From Monocercomonoides exilis PA203 (lineage: Eukaryota > Protista > Preaxostyla), in assembly GCA_001643675.2 (NCBI GenBank), contig LSRY02000017.1:1054001-1118000 (forward strand): a DNA stretch of 64,000 nt, written 5' to 3'. Position numbers and translations under genes: made by a program. This document shows positions 62,392 through 64,000 of this stretch, piece after piece (the stretch's first letter is position 1; each line of letters begins with the position of its first letter). The notes under the pieces are model-generated. The model was not told the DNA's origin. It made no database searches and saw nothing but the letters and a program-made list of their open reading frames with translations.

Positions 62392-63580
62392 CTACACAAT
62401 TAAAACTGCATTCACGCAGCCATCATTTTCTGGATGATTTGTGATCTGCGCATATTTTCCTGGTCAATGTAAATAATATTAAGAGTAAAAATCAACAAAA
62501 TTCGTCATTTTGTTATTTGAGAAAAAAATTGTAAAACAGAGATAAATTTCATCTTCATTTAAAAGATTCAAACCCCAAATGACTTTCCCAGATTGTGTAA
62601 CAAGTGAAAGTTCACTGACGTTAACTTCAATAATTGTTCCTTTTGTAAGAATACCCAAAGAAGTGTACAATGGAGAAGAAGGGTTTTTCTTAACACCAAG
62701 AATATCAAGTTGAAATGTCGTTTTAAGTTCTGGATGTGTAACGTTAGCTTTTTTGAACCTTAGTGCCATTGGACGAATAAAGCGTTCGTATTTAGGTGGT
62801 TTTCTTGTGAAATCTTGACCAACAAATGTGGGCTTTGTAACAACACGTTTCCACATGCTCTCTATCAAAATACGTATATGCAATGACAAAAAATTAAAAA
62901 AATTAAAAATTAACTGTTATATATTGATGTTTTAAAAGCAAACTTCTTCTTTTTCCTGTCTTTAAAACACGGAACATTTCCTGATCTGAAATTGCTTTTA
63001 CAGATTGGATTGGCATCGACCACTTTCCAGCCTTTTCTTTACGCAACTGTTTCAAAGTATTACTCAAAACTTTACTGCGAGTAACTTCTTCTCTATCCAA
63101 AAGATAAGCGGGAAGGGCTTCTTCGTTTGGAGGAGCAGAATGTTCAACTTGTTTTTCAGTTGTAACTTTAATTCTAAAGATTAAAAATATTGGCATAACG
63201 ATTTCTCAATTTAATAAATATTGTTCAAACTTTTTGCGCAGAGTTGCTTTTTCCTTATAACGTTTTTGATTATAAAGCTTCGCTCTGATCCCGTGAACAG
63301 TTTTTGCGAATTTTGCCTGCTTATGGATTTCACGAGCAGCTTTCTTTCGTCTATATGTTTAGATAACAAATGGAAATGATAGAAATGTGTTAGTATATAA
63401 TATTTCAACATTATTAAATCCAGAAAACTAAAAAGATCTAACTTTCTTTCCTCATGATCAAGACGCAGTCCTTTTCGTTTTTTGTGCAATTCATAATAAT
63501 CTCCTTGTGCCTATATGCATGTGCATATAAAATGATTAAAAAAACAATTTACATGATTATGAAAAACGCTAAGATACCAT
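62392..63580 (-). CDS. NSA2: Ribosome biogenesis protein NSA2
   Basis: M|[23 protein letters not shown]...[10 protein letters not shown]...[32 protein letters not shown]...[12 protein letters not shown]...[21 protein letters not shown]. Confidence 0.97.
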
Positions 63581-64000
63581 TTCTGTTGATCAAATTTACC
63601 GATATATAAATATCTTGAAATAATAAAACAAGATTTCTTCTTTGTTTCATAATTTTTAAAATAAATTTTTTTTAAAAATCGCATGCTGAGTTGAAAAATG
63701 AAAAGACTAACCATAAACAAAAATTTATATTTATTTGTCAAAAGCCAAAAGATTAAGATTAAAGACATAATTATCAATTGGCAATCATGATGTATCTCAT
63801 ACAATTATTATTGTCGCCCCAAATGAAGATAACAGCCATCTATTTGTTATTGTTGTTGTTTTTCGGATTCTTTTCTCAAGTTATATGCTTTATTCATGAC
63901 TACATTTTATTTATGCCTGCTGAGTTTGCTTTTCATTTTTGTTTGCAAAAAAAATTATTCGTTTGATTATTTCAAAAAGCTGTTGTTATGACTATTTTTT

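Overview
AT-rich, gene-dense eukaryotic (protist) DNA with many short spliceosomal introns and the standard genetic code. The style (GTTTG-type donors, poly-Ser/Glu inflated proteins, a large beta-helix receptor pseudokinase, Merlin transposons) resembles an oxymonad such as Monocercomonoides; that attribution is inference. From left to right: a giant protein with an N-terminal small-GTPase domain; a ~4,000-aa ARM/RCC1 protein with two acidic/basic arm modules; pICln head-to-head with a type-I membrane protein; a ~15-kb DNA-transposon island (two dead Merlin/IS1595-type elements, four MITEs of which two are nested, one foldback element) around an intronless receptor-like pseudokinase; Sec61-alpha; a membrane protein; a tight run of four consecutive spliceosome genes (PHF5A/Rds3, SF3A1/Prp21, USP39/Sad1 and a U4 snRNA absent from the ORF track); TTI1; TVP15-like; a CIPK-type kinase; an Ac45/VOA1-like protein; a microprotein; and NSA2. 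Exon boundaries were read by eye and family calls are motif recognition, not database hits.
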